Of a stretch of 64,000 nt of DNA, positions 39,090 through 47,487 are shown piece by piece (within the stretch, counting starts at the first letter, position 1; the number at the start of each line of letters is the position of its first letter). The position numbers and the translations under genes were made by a program. Below the pieces are notes generated by a model. The model made no database searches. It saw only the letters and a program-made list of their open reading frames with translations, and was not told the DNA's origin. Source of the stretch: Planctomycetota bacterium (lineage in GTDB: Bacteria; Planctomycetota; B15-G4); NCBI GenBank assembly GCA_965248575.1, contig CBDFJQ010000002.1:2528001-2592000 (forward strand), read 5' to 3'.

Positions 39090-40115
39090 ATGAAACTCAT
39101 GACCCTGACCCTGGCGCCCGTCCTGTTGATGACGCTCTGCGCCTCCCTGCACACCCAAGAAGATCCTCAAGCCGCCCGTGATCAGAATCAGGCGCAAGCC
39201 CCGGCCAACCCCAGGGTGTTCGACGCCGAGCAACTGAAGACGTTCTACTTCACACCTCAGCACACCAACATCCGGGACCTCGAGCACCTCGCCCACGAGC
39301 TGTATGCGCGCGAGCTCTACATCAACGATCGTGGAGGCATCTTCTCCCACCCCGTCGAGAACCTGATGCGACTGGGCGAAACGATCGTGATCTACGACAC
39401 GCCTGAGTACGCGAAGATGCTCGGCGCGGCCTTGCACGAGATGGACGTCGCCATGAAAGGGGAAACGTCCGCTCAACCCGAGCAGTCGACACCGACCACG
39501 GTCATCACCAACTGGTCACCGAAACACATCGGCCTCAACGACGCGGTGGCTGCGCTGCAGTCCTTTCGCCGCAACACAATGGTGTATGACGAGTACGGCC
39601 ACCGTTCCGATGTGCAGAACTTCTCCGTGGTCAACGAACTGAACGAACTCGTTCTGCGGGACACGCCCCTGCAGATCGAAGCCATGGTGAACACGCTCAA
39701 CAAGCTCGATGTTCCAGAGCAGCAGCTGTTCATTACGTGCCTGGTCATCAGCGGAAACCGGATGGCACCCGAGGGCAATGAGTCCAAATCGGAGCTCCCC
39801 CAGGAGCTCGTCCAGAACCTCTCGAAGCTGGTGCCTTTTGCGCACTTCGAGCTGCAGAGCATGGGCATCCTGCGCGCGTCGGCCATGGCCGGCAACCTGG
39901 AGATGCTCATGGATGACAACGACTCGCTCAGCCTGCGGGAGCCGAGCTACGACTCGGAGTCGCGCAGCCTCACTGCGGTCTTCAAGTTCTCCTCCAACCG
40001 CAGCAACCAGCGTTTCCAGACAAGGACCACCATTCGTGCCGGTGAGTACACGGTGATCGGTGCCACGGGCAACTCGCCCCTGTTCGCCGTGCTGAAGATC
40101 GAACCCATCGATTAA
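39090..40115 (+). CDS. Exported protein with secretin-N (NolW)-like repeats
   Basis: Signal peptide; TIVIYDTPE..L..MD and ELVLRDTP..I..LNKLDVP repeats. Alternative start at 39042. Confidence 0.6.
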   Translation: MKLMTLTLAPVLLMTLCASLHTQEDPQAARDQNQAQAPANPRVFDAEQLKTFYFTPQHTNIRDLEHLAHELYARELYINDRGGIFSHPVENLMRLGETIVIYDTPEYAKMLGAALHEMDVAMKGETSAQPEQSTPTTVITNWSPKHIGLNDAVAALQSFRRNTMVYDEYGHRSDVQNFSVVNELNELVLRDTPLQIEAMVNTLNKLDVPEQQLFITCLVISGNRMAPEGNESKSELPQELVQNLSKLVPFAHFELQSMGILRASAMAGNLEMLMDDNDSLSLREPSYDSESRSLTAVFKFSSNRSNQRFQTRTTIRAGEYTVIGATGNSPLFAVLKIEPID

Positions 40116-40197
40116 TCCGTACCCGAGGACGGCCCGTGCAGGCCAACCACAGCTTCGTCGCTTGCTGGATCCGACGAGGGCGTGATAGAAAGACCCC

Positions 40198-40536
40198 ATG
40201 CCTGCACGGTCCGTCCTCCACGCGCTCGTCGCGCTGCTGGCCCTCCTGGCCAGCGACCCCTTCCATTCGTGGCTCCACAGCGAGCACGGCGTGGAATTCT
40301 CGGGGGCACAGGAGATTCATGACGGAGCCTGCGGACACCTGCCCGAGCACCCCGGCGGCGACGACTGCCAGCAGTGCTCCAGCAACCACGGCCTCACGGT
40401 CTTGCTGGACCAGAGCAGCGTCTGCCTGGGCACGCTGCAGAGCGTCGCGCAGGGAGCACCCGAACAGTGCGCGAGCACCCACGGCAGCCTGAAGCGCAGC
40501 CTGCTCGGAGCACGAGCCCCTCCCGTCAGCGGTTGA
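40198..40536 (+). CDS. DUF2946-like His/Cys-rich leader protein with C-terminal RAPP motif
   Basis: Hydrophobic N-terminus, His-rich segment, CQQC, ends GARAPPVSG; directly upstream of the metal uptake operon. Confidence 0.7.
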   Translation: MPARSVLHALVALLALLASDPFHSWLHSEHGVEFSGAQEIHDGACGHLPEHPGGDDCQQCSSNHGLTVLLDQSSVCLGTLQSVAQGAPEQCASTHGSLKRSLLGARAPPVSG

Positions 40537-40631
40537 GAGTCCGCCCGCCTTCGCGCGGGCCATGCCCTTGACCCTCGCGCTGAATCCGCGGGGACGTCCG
40601 CTCTGTTCGTGCTCGATGTAGGTTTCCGCCC

Positions 40632-42047
40632 ATGCCCCTTCCCCAGAGTCCGTGGCCGCGTTCCGCGTCCACTCCAAGCCCCGCTCCCCCACGACCTCCC
40701 GCATCGTCGGCGCAACGACACCTGCTCCGACTCTCGTGTGCCGCCGCCGTCTTGCTGACGCCCACCGTTCTCCGGGCGCAGACATCCAACGACGAGCTGT
40801 TCGAGGCGCTGCGGGAAGCCCTCGCCACCATCGCCGCCCTGGAACAACGGGTGGAGGCCCTCGAGGCAGCCAATCCCGCGCAAGACCCGCTGGAGGCCCA
40901 GCTGCAACGGCTCATCGGCCGCGAGGGGTCGGCGCCGCCGCGGCGCACGGTCTTCCCCAGTTCGCTCAACCCGCGCATTGGCGTCTTCATGGACGCCGTG
41001 GCCACGGCAGGAAACGTCAAGGAAGCCCCGGGCGAGAATGCCGACCGCTTCTCTCTCCGTGAGACGGAGGTCGACTTCCGGTTACCTGTCTCGCCCTTCG
41101 CAGAGGGCGTCCTGATTGCGGCCTTCGAAGATGCCGGAAGCGGAGAATTCGAATCCCTCATCGAAGAGGGCTACGCGGACATCGCGCTCGGGACCTTCTT
41201 CGACAACCCCTCGGCCTCACGTGCGAAACTCGGTCGCTTCCGGGTGCCCTTCGGCCACGACAACAAGTTGCACACCCATGACCTGCTTCAGGTCGATCGA
41301 CCTGTGAGCAGCAGCCGACACCTGGGAGAGGAAGGTCTGATCGGCGACGGCATCGAAGTGACCATCCCGCTTGGGAGCAGCGAATCCGACGATGGCCTGG
41401 GCCAGGCCACGACGCTCCAACTCGCGGTGGTCAACGGCGAGGCGCTGACCGGCGAGGAAGGCGCCTTGGGCGCGGCCTTCGACGGTACGGGCGTCGACCT
41501 CGCCTCCGATGCGCCCATCCTCGTGGCACGCGCCTCCCACTTCGTGGAGTTGGGTGAACGCTCGGACCTGGAGTTTGGCGCGTCCTACCTGGACGGGGTC
41601 TCCAAGAACGCCATCACCACGAGCACGGGCGGAGAGGTCACGCCGCGCATGTTCGGCGTCGACGCCACCTGGCGGCAGCGGGATGACGAAAGCGGCGTGG
41701 GCAGCTGGTTGGTGTCCGCCGAGTTCCTGCAGTCCGACTTCGGGTACAGGGGCCCCTCAGTCTTCGAGGGCAAGCGTCAGCGCGGCGCCAGCGTGACGGC
41801 ACAACGCCAACTCACTCCCTCAGTCTACGCAGGCTTGCGGGTCGGCAAGACCGATGAGCTCGGAACCGGGGTCGAGGTCAAGGAGGCCTCGCCCTACGTC
41901 TCCTGGTATGCGGACGAGTTCTTCAGGCTCCGCGTCCAGGGCCAGCACCTGGAGATGGACCCCGGCCGCCATGCCACGCGGGTGTTCCTGCAGGCCAGCT
42001 GGAACTTCGGAGCCCACTCGACCCACCCGTACTGGACCAATCGATGA
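40632..42047 (+). CDS. Outer-membrane beta-barrel associated with Zn/Mn ABC uptake
   Basis: Signal plus coiled coil, LNPRIG, FG..NKLHTH, EFFRLRVQ, C-terminal FGAHSTH. Confidence 0.75.
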   Translation: MPLPQSPWPRSASTPSPAPPRPPASSAQRHLLRLSCAAAVLLTPTVLRAQTSNDELFEALREALATIAALEQRVEALEAANPAQDPLEAQLQRLIGREGSAPPRRTVFPSSLNPRIGVFMDAVATAGNVKEAPGENADRFSLRETEVDFRLPVSPFAEGVLIAAFEDAGSGEFESLIEEGYADIALGTFFDNPSASRAKLGRFRVPFGHDNKLHTHDLLQVDRPVSSSRHLGEEGLIGDGIEVTIPLGSSESDDGLGQATTLQLAVVNGEALTGEEGALGAAFDGTGVDLASDAPILVARASHFVELGERSDLEFGASYLDGVSKNAITTSTGGEVTPRMFGVDATWRQRDDESGVGSWLVSAEFLQSDFGYRGPSVFEGKRQRGASVTAQRQLTPSVYAGLRVGKTDELGTGVEVKEASPYVSWYADEFFRLRVQGQHLEMDPGRHATRVFLQASWNFGAHSTHPYWTNR

Positions 42048-43015
42048 TGATCGCCGCCACGATCGCTCTTGCACTGACTTGCTTGTCGTCCGCAGCGCAA
42101 TGGGCCGTTCCTGCGGGGGTCTCCGCCCCCCAACCGCTGCCCAGTAGTCCTCAGCTGCCAGCCACCCCCCTCAAGGTCATCGCGACCATTCCGACCTACG
42201 CCGAGCTGGCCAAGATCATCGGCGGCGACCATGTCGAAGTCGTGCTGCTCACGCGCCCCGCGCAAGACGTGCACTCGGTGAGTGCCACGCCCTCGCTCAT
42301 GGCCAAGATCATCGGTGCCGACCTCTGCCTGCACACCGGACTGGATGCAGAGCTCTGGCTCGAGAGCCTGCTGCAGGGCTCGGGGAACCAACATCTGCTT
42401 CCGGGCAACCCGAAGTCCATCGACCTCTCCGTGGGCATTCCACTGAAGGACGTGCCCGCCGTTGTGGATCGCAGTCGTGGGGACGTGCACGCCTATGGCA
42501 ACACGCACATCTGGAGCGACCCGTACGCCGTACGCAGCATGGCGGTTCAGGTGCGAGATGCCCTGAGCGCCCAACTCCCGGACGCCCAGGACGACATCTC
42601 CGCGCGCCACGCAGCCTTCCACACGGAGCTCACCCAGTCCCTCGTGAAGTGGCTCACCAAGTACCGTTCACTGCAGGGTCAGAAGGTCGTCGTCTACCAC
42701 CAATCGTGGGTCTACTTCCTGGAGCGGTTCGGCCTCGAGCAGGTGGGCACCCTGGAGCCCAAACCGCGTGTGGCGCCGACGGCTTCGCACCTCGCAAAAC
42801 TGGAGGGCCTCATGCAGCAGGATGAAGTGCACGTGATCCTGCGTGAGCCCTATCAACATCCGGAGGCTGCGGACCACGTTGCGAGGGCCACGGGCGCGCA
42901 GGTGTTGGAGCTCTCGACGCACCCCGGCTTTCCAGCCGGCGTCGACGGCCTGCTGGAGCACTTCGAGCACAACCTCGAGGCCTTGGCGGAAGCCCTGAAG
43001 CCACGCGATGCCTGA
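42044..43015 (+). CDS. znuA: Metal ABC transporter substrate-binding protein (ZnuA/TroA family)
   Basis: DVHS, GNTHIWSDP, VVYHQSW. Confidence 0.85.
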   Translation: MMIAATIALALTCLSSAAQWAVPAGVSAPQPLPSSPQLPATPLKVIATIPTYAELAKIIGGDHVEVVLLTRPAQDVHSVSATPSLMAKIIGADLCLHTGLDAELWLESLLQGSGNQHLLPGNPKSIDLSVGIPLKDVPAVVDRSRGDVHAYGNTHIWSDPYAVRSMAVQVRDALSAQLPDAQDDISARHAAFHTELTQSLVKWLTKYRSLQGQKVVVYHQSWVYFLERFGLEQVGTLEPKPRVAPTASHLAKLEGLMQQDEVHVILREPYQHPEAADHVARATGAQVLELSTHPGFPAGVDGLLEHFEHNLEALAEALKPRDA

Positions 43016-43835
43016 ACCCCAAGTCCCCCAGAGCGCGCCCGAAACAGACACCCGGCCGGCCCTGCTGTCGGCCGCAGGCCTCAGCGCGAGCTACGGCTCC
43101 CGGCGCATTCTCCTGGGCATCGACCTGGAGTTGCGACGGGGCGAAGTCACGGCGCTCGTGGGACCGAATGGTTGTGGCAAGACCACCTGCTTGCGGGTGC
43201 TGCTCGGGCTGCTCCCCGCCCAGGCAGGGACTCTCTCGTGGAGCCAGGCCAATCCGCGCATCGGCTATGTGCCCCAAGCCGATGCTTCCGAACAGATCTT
43301 CCCCGTCTCGGCCCTAGAGGTCGTGCTCATGGGGCTGACGGCCAGCCTCGGTGTCTTCCGGCGCCCGCAGAGCAAGGCCCGCGCCCGCTGCCGAGAAGCC
43401 ATGCAGCGCTTCGGTGTGGACTCACTGGCGGGGCGCCCGTTCCGCGAGCTCTCCGGAGGACAGCGGCAACGAGTGCTGCTCGCCCGAGCCCTTGTGGCAG
43501 ATCCCGACTTGCTCGCCCTCGACGAACCCGTGCGCGGCCTGGACTTCGCCAGCTCGACGTCCCTCGTGTCGGCCCTCGGCGACCTGGCGAGGGAACGGAA
43601 CATGGCAATCGTCATTGCCACCCACAGCCTCGAGCTTGTGGCCAACGACGCTCACAAGGTCGCCTTGTTCAAGGATGGCAAGGCGCTCGTCGGGCCGGTC
43701 ACGGAGCTCTTCGATGACCAGACCCTGAGCGAACACATGGGCATCCCCCTGCGCGTGCGGGTGGTGGAGGGCGTCCGCGTCATCCTGCCCGGAGCGGGCA
43801 CCGCAAACAGGCGCCCGGGGGAGCCGAGCCCATGA
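43008..43835 (+). CDS. znuC: Metal ABC transporter ATPase
   Basis: GPNGCGKT, IGYVPQ, LSGGQRQRVLLARAL, LDEP. Confidence 0.88.
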   Translation: MPEPQVPQSAPETDTRPALLSAAGLSASYGSRRILLGIDLELRRGEVTALVGPNGCGKTTCLRVLLGLLPAQAGTLSWSQANPRIGYVPQADASEQIFPVSALEVVLMGLTASLGVFRRPQSKARARCREAMQRFGVDSLAGRPFRELSGGQRQRVLLARALVADPDLLALDEPVRGLDFASSTSLVSALGDLARERNMAIVIATHSLELVANDAHKVALFKDGKALVGPVTELFDDQTLSEHMGIPLRVRVVEGVRVILPGAGTANRRPGEPSP

Positions 43836-45097
43836 GCGGCTGGCTCGACGATACGGCCTTGTCGGCCATTCCGGGCGCGGTGGCAGGCGGTCTCGTAGCA
43901 GGCTCGTTGTTGCCCCTGCTCGGCATGTGGGTGGTCTTGCAACGCGTCGTCTTCCTGGGAGTCACCCTGGCGCAGGTGGCCGCGGCAGGCGTGGCCTTGG
44001 GCCTGGTCCTGGACCTGCCATCGCTGCCCTTCGGCATGCTCATCACCCTGGGCGTCGTGAGCCTCGCCAACTCCAGGAAGCAGATGGCCCGGCTTGGCGA
44101 CGCAAGTCTGGGAGCCGGCTTCTGCGTGGCCTCTGCCCTGGCGCTGCTCTTCATCAGCCGCTCGGCCGCAGACCTCGATGAGGTGCGCCACGTCTTGCAT
44201 GGCAACCTCATCTACGCGACATCCGGTGCGGTGTGGACCGTCGCCCTCACCTTGCTCACGGGCGTCACCCTGATCGGTCTCTGTTTCAAGGAGGTGCTCT
44301 TCTCGGCCTTCGACGCCGAGACGGCCACGGCCTTGGGCCTCGCGGCCCGGCGCTGGCAGCTGCTCTTGTTCCTCGTCCTGGCCGTGGCGCTCTCCGTCAG
44401 CATGCGCACCACGGGTTCGCTGCTGTCTTTCGCCATGCTGATCCTGCCGCCCCTCGCGGCCCTGCGGCTGCGCACTGGCTTGCGGAGCGCCTTCGTGCTC
44501 TCGGGGGCCCTGGGCGGCCTCGGCACCCTCGGCGGGCTGGCCCTGGCCGTCTCCGCAGACCTGCATGTGGAGTCCTCCATCACGCTGGTGCTGTTCCTGC
44601 TCATCCCGGTCTGCGCCGCTTGGCATTGGAAACCAATCGCCGGCCTGGCCCTGGCGGCGCTGCTGGTGGCGGGGGGCCAAGGACTCCAACCTGCGCAGGT
44701 GGAGGACGACCATCTCCATCACCACGACGCGCCGGCAGTCGCCGAGCCCTTCCATGCCGACGTGCACCTGGAGGCTTCACAATCCGTTGACGGCGGCCCC
44801 GTCCGCGTGGAGTGGAGGGCATCTGTTCACACGGAGCAGGACGACCCCGCCCTGCCCGCTGCCCTCTGGCTCGTTGTCTCTGGCGAAACGCTCTTCGACG
44901 AGCACGTGCTCGTGCCCAAGTTGCAGGACCTTCCCACGGGCGACTCAGCCCACTCCGGCACCTTCCTGGCCGAGGCCGACGCGACGCTGCATCGCCTCGA
45001 AGGCCAACTCTGGAGCGGGCCCACGGCCAGCATGGACTCCGAGCCCCTCGACCCACGTCACGCGGCGGTCGAAGGCTGTGATGTGGTCAGGCGCTAG
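43832..45097 (+). CDS. znuB: Metal ABC transporter permease with C-terminal soluble extension
   Basis: ABC-3 permease pattern (SAFDAETATALG, LILPP); extra domain after HLHHHD. Confidence 0.82.
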   Translation: MSGWLDDTALSAIPGAVAGGLVAGSLLPLLGMWVVLQRVVFLGVTLAQVAAAGVALGLVLDLPSLPFGMLITLGVVSLANSRKQMARLGDASLGAGFCVASALALLFISRSAADLDEVRHVLHGNLIYATSGAVWTVALTLLTGVTLIGLCFKEVLFSAFDAETATALGLAARRWQLLLFLVLAVALSVSMRTTGSLLSFAMLILPPLAALRLRTGLRSAFVLSGALGGLGTLGGLALAVSADLHVESSITLVLFLLIPVCAAWHWKPIAGLALAALLVAGGQGLQPAQVEDDHLHHHDAPAVAEPFHADVHLEASQSVDGGPVRVEWRASVHTEQDDPALPAALWLVVSGETLFDEHVLVPKLQDLPTGDSAHSGTFLAEADATLHRLEGQLWSGPTASMDSEPLDPRHAAVEGCDVVRR

Positions 45098-45148
45098 CCC
45101 TCCGGCGCGCACGAGGACGACCCGAAAGGCACGGCCTGCTCGAAGAGC

Positions 45149-46279
45149 TCAGCGGGGGAAGAGCTCGGGCGCGCTGTCCATGTAGCCCTCGCCCTCGAGC
45201 GCACCCAGGAAGGCGATGACGGCGTCAATCTCTTCCTCGGTCAGGTTCAGCACCTCCATCTTGGGGCTCAAGCTGGGGTTCGCCAGACCGCCCTGGTTGT
45301 AGTGCTCCATGACATCACGCAGGGTCGCCATGGATCCGTCGTGCATGTAGGGGGCGTGCTTGGTGGTCTCGCGCAAGCCCGGCGTCTTGAAGGCTCCCAG
45401 GTCCTCAGGCTTGCCCGTCACGACCATGCGTCCGGCATCGGCGTGCTCGCCCGTGGAGTCATCCCAGCCCACACCCAGGTTGTGGAACAGACTGTCCGTG
45501 AAGGCGCTGCCCACGTGACACGTGGCACAGAGCGCCTTGCCGAAGAAGACCTCCACCCCCAGGATCTCCTGCTCGGTGAGTGGATTGACGTAGCCCGGCT
45601 CCTCGTCGTCCCAGTCGATCCACTGGTCGTAGCGGGAGTTGCCCGAGACTCGAGTGCGCTCGTAGTCGGCCAGGGCCTGAGCGATGCGGTCCAGCGTGAC
45701 GGCCGGGTCCCCGAAGGCACGCTCGAAGAAGGGGACGTAGCCCTCACTGGCGGCGATGTCCTCCACCACGGCCTCATGGGTGTTGCCCATCTCGATCGGA
45801 TTGGCGATGGGGCCGACGGCCTGTTCCTCAAGCGTGGCGGCCCGTCCATCCCAGAACGTCTCGGGGTAGAAGGCGTAGGCTGCGTTCACGAAGCTCGGCG
45901 CCTTGCGCCCACCCTTCTGCCCGCGGATGCCGGTGGAGACAGGGGTGGGCTCGGAGAATGCATTTTCAGGCCGGTGGCAGCTCGCACAGGACAGGCTGTC
46001 ATCCGCGCTGAGGCGGGTGTCGAAGAACAACCAGCGGCCTAGACGGGCGCGCTCCGGGTCCGGCGCGTTCGGTAGATCCCCGAGGGCGAACTCGTGACCC
46101 AGCGGGGTCTCCGGCAGGGGCCGGACGGGGTTCGCGGCCTCCAGCAGCTCCACCGGAGTGCTGCACGCCAAGGGAGCTGGCACGGCGCATTGCTGGGTCG
46201 ATTGGGGCGCCTGCGTACACGCTGGGCTCAGCAGAAGGAAGGCGATCAGGCTGAGTGCAGAGCACGCAGAGCGGGACAT
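45149..46279 (-). CDS. Di-heme cytochrome c peroxidase (CcpA/MauG family), lipoprotein
   Basis: LFFDTRLS, CASCH, FWDGRA, CATCH, FKTPGLR, APYMHDG. Confidence 0.92.
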   Translation of the reverse strand: MSRSACSALSLIAFLLLSPACTQAPQSTQQCAVPAPLACSTPVELLEAANPVRPLPETPLGHEFALGDLPNAPDPERARLGRWLFFDTRLSADDSLSCASCHRPENAFSEPTPVSTGIRGQKGGRKAPSFVNAAYAFYPETFWDGRAATLEEQAVGPIANPIEMGNTHEAVVEDIAASEGYVPFFERAFGDPAVTLDRIAQALADYERTRVSGNSRYDQWIDWDDEEPGYVNPLTEQEILGVEVFFGKALCATCHVGSAFTDSLFHNLGVGWDDSTGEHADAGRMVVTGKPEDLGAFKTPGLRETTKHAPYMHDGSMATLRDVMEHYNQGGLANPSLSPKMEVLNLTEEEIDAVIAFLGALEGEGYMDSAPELFPR

Positions 46280-46348
46280 GAGGGGGCTCCGGGAGAAGGC
46301 GCCGCTTTGTATAGCAGCTCCTGGCGCGTTGCATCACGCACACTCCTG

Positions 46349-46837
46349 TCAGGTTTGCGCAGCCTCACGCTTCGCCATCTTCAACACGGCCTTGTACTCC
46401 GAGGCCGTGACCGGCTGGACGGACAGGCGGCTCCCGCGACGCAGCAACATCATGTCGGCCAAGGCCGCTTCGGCAGCCAGGGCATCGCGTGTGAGCGGAG
46501 CCTCGAAGGTCTCCACATGTTCGAGATCCACGAGCATCCACGTGGGTTCATCGAGCTTGGATTTAGGGTCGAAGTGCTTGTCCTTGCGATCGAATGCCGT
46601 GGGGTCGGCGTAGGGTTCGGAAGCCACGGCCGCAAGGCCCGCGATGCACATGGGCTTCACGTTGGAGTGGTAGAAGAGCACTCCGTCGCCCAGCTTCATG
46701 TCGTCGCGCATGAGGTTGCGTGCCTGGTAGTTGCGCACGCCGTCCCACATCGTGGATCCATCCCGTTCCAGATCGCGGATGGAATACACGTCCGGCTCGG
46801 ACTTCACCAGCCAGTAGCGCTTCTTGGCAGCGCTCAC
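46349..46837 (-). CDS. EVE domain protein
   Basis: YWLVKSEP, WDGVRNYQARN, FYHS, RLSVQPV; GTG start overlaps the orn stop. Confidence 0.92.
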   Translation of the reverse strand: MSAAKKRYWLVKSEPDVYSIRDLERDGSTMWDGVRNYQARNLMRDDMKLGDGVLFYHSNVKPMCIAGLAAVASEPYADPTAFDRKDKHFDPKSKLDEPTWMLVDLEHVETFEAPLTRDALAAEAALADMMLLRRGSRLSVQPVTASEYKAVLKMAKREAAQT

Positions 46838-47487
46838 GCAGGCCGCCGCTTCGTCTGGTCTGGGTCGTTCGACCCGGGCTCCCCGGCCTTGACCGACTTG
46901 GACGCCTCGGACGTCGAGCCCTTGGCCGACGTGTCTTCCGGCACCAGCCACTTGTCCTTGTAGTGCTTCAGCTCGGCGATGGACTCGCGGATGTCGTCCA
47001 TGGCCCGGTGCTGGTCACCCTTCTTCGGGGCGCCGCTGATGGCATGCACATTCCAGCGCGTCGCACATTCCTTGAAGGAGCTCACGTCGATGCAGCGGTA
47101 GTGCAGGAAGGCGTCCAGCTCAGGCATCTGCATCTTGAGGAACATGCGGTCGCACCAGATCGAGTTGCCGCACAACGGGAGCGAGCGCCCCTTGGCGTGC
47201 TTCTTCAAGAAGGCCAGGGTCTCCCGTTCGGCGTCGGCCACATTGATGGACGAGCGCCGCACCTGTTCCGTCAGCCCCGACTTCTCGTGCATTCCGCGCA
47301 CGATGGGAATCATGCGGGAGAGGTGATCGTCCGTGGTGTAGATGATCAGCTCCGGCCCCTCAGCAACGAGATTGAGTTGCGCGTCCGTAAGCAGCGTGGC
47401 GATCTCGATGATGGTGTTGCGTTTGGGGTCGAGACCGGTCATTTCCAGGTCGACCCAGCACAGCAAATCGCTTCGTACAGAGCTCAA
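46834..47487 (-). CDS. orn: Oligoribonuclease
   Basis: WVDLEMTGL, IIEIAT, GNSI..DR.FL, HYRCIDVSS, HRAMDDI.ES. Confidence 0.93.
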   Translation of the reverse strand: MSSVRSDLLCWVDLEMTGLDPKRNTIIEIATLLTDAQLNLVAEGPELIIYTTDDHLSRMIPIVRGMHEKSGLTEQVRRSSINVADAERETLAFLKKHAKGRSLPLCGNSIWCDRMFLKMQMPELDAFLHYRCIDVSSFKECATRWNVHAISGAPKKGDQHRAMDDIRESIAELKHYKDKWLVPEDTSAKGSTSEASKSVKAGEPGSNDPDQTKRRPA

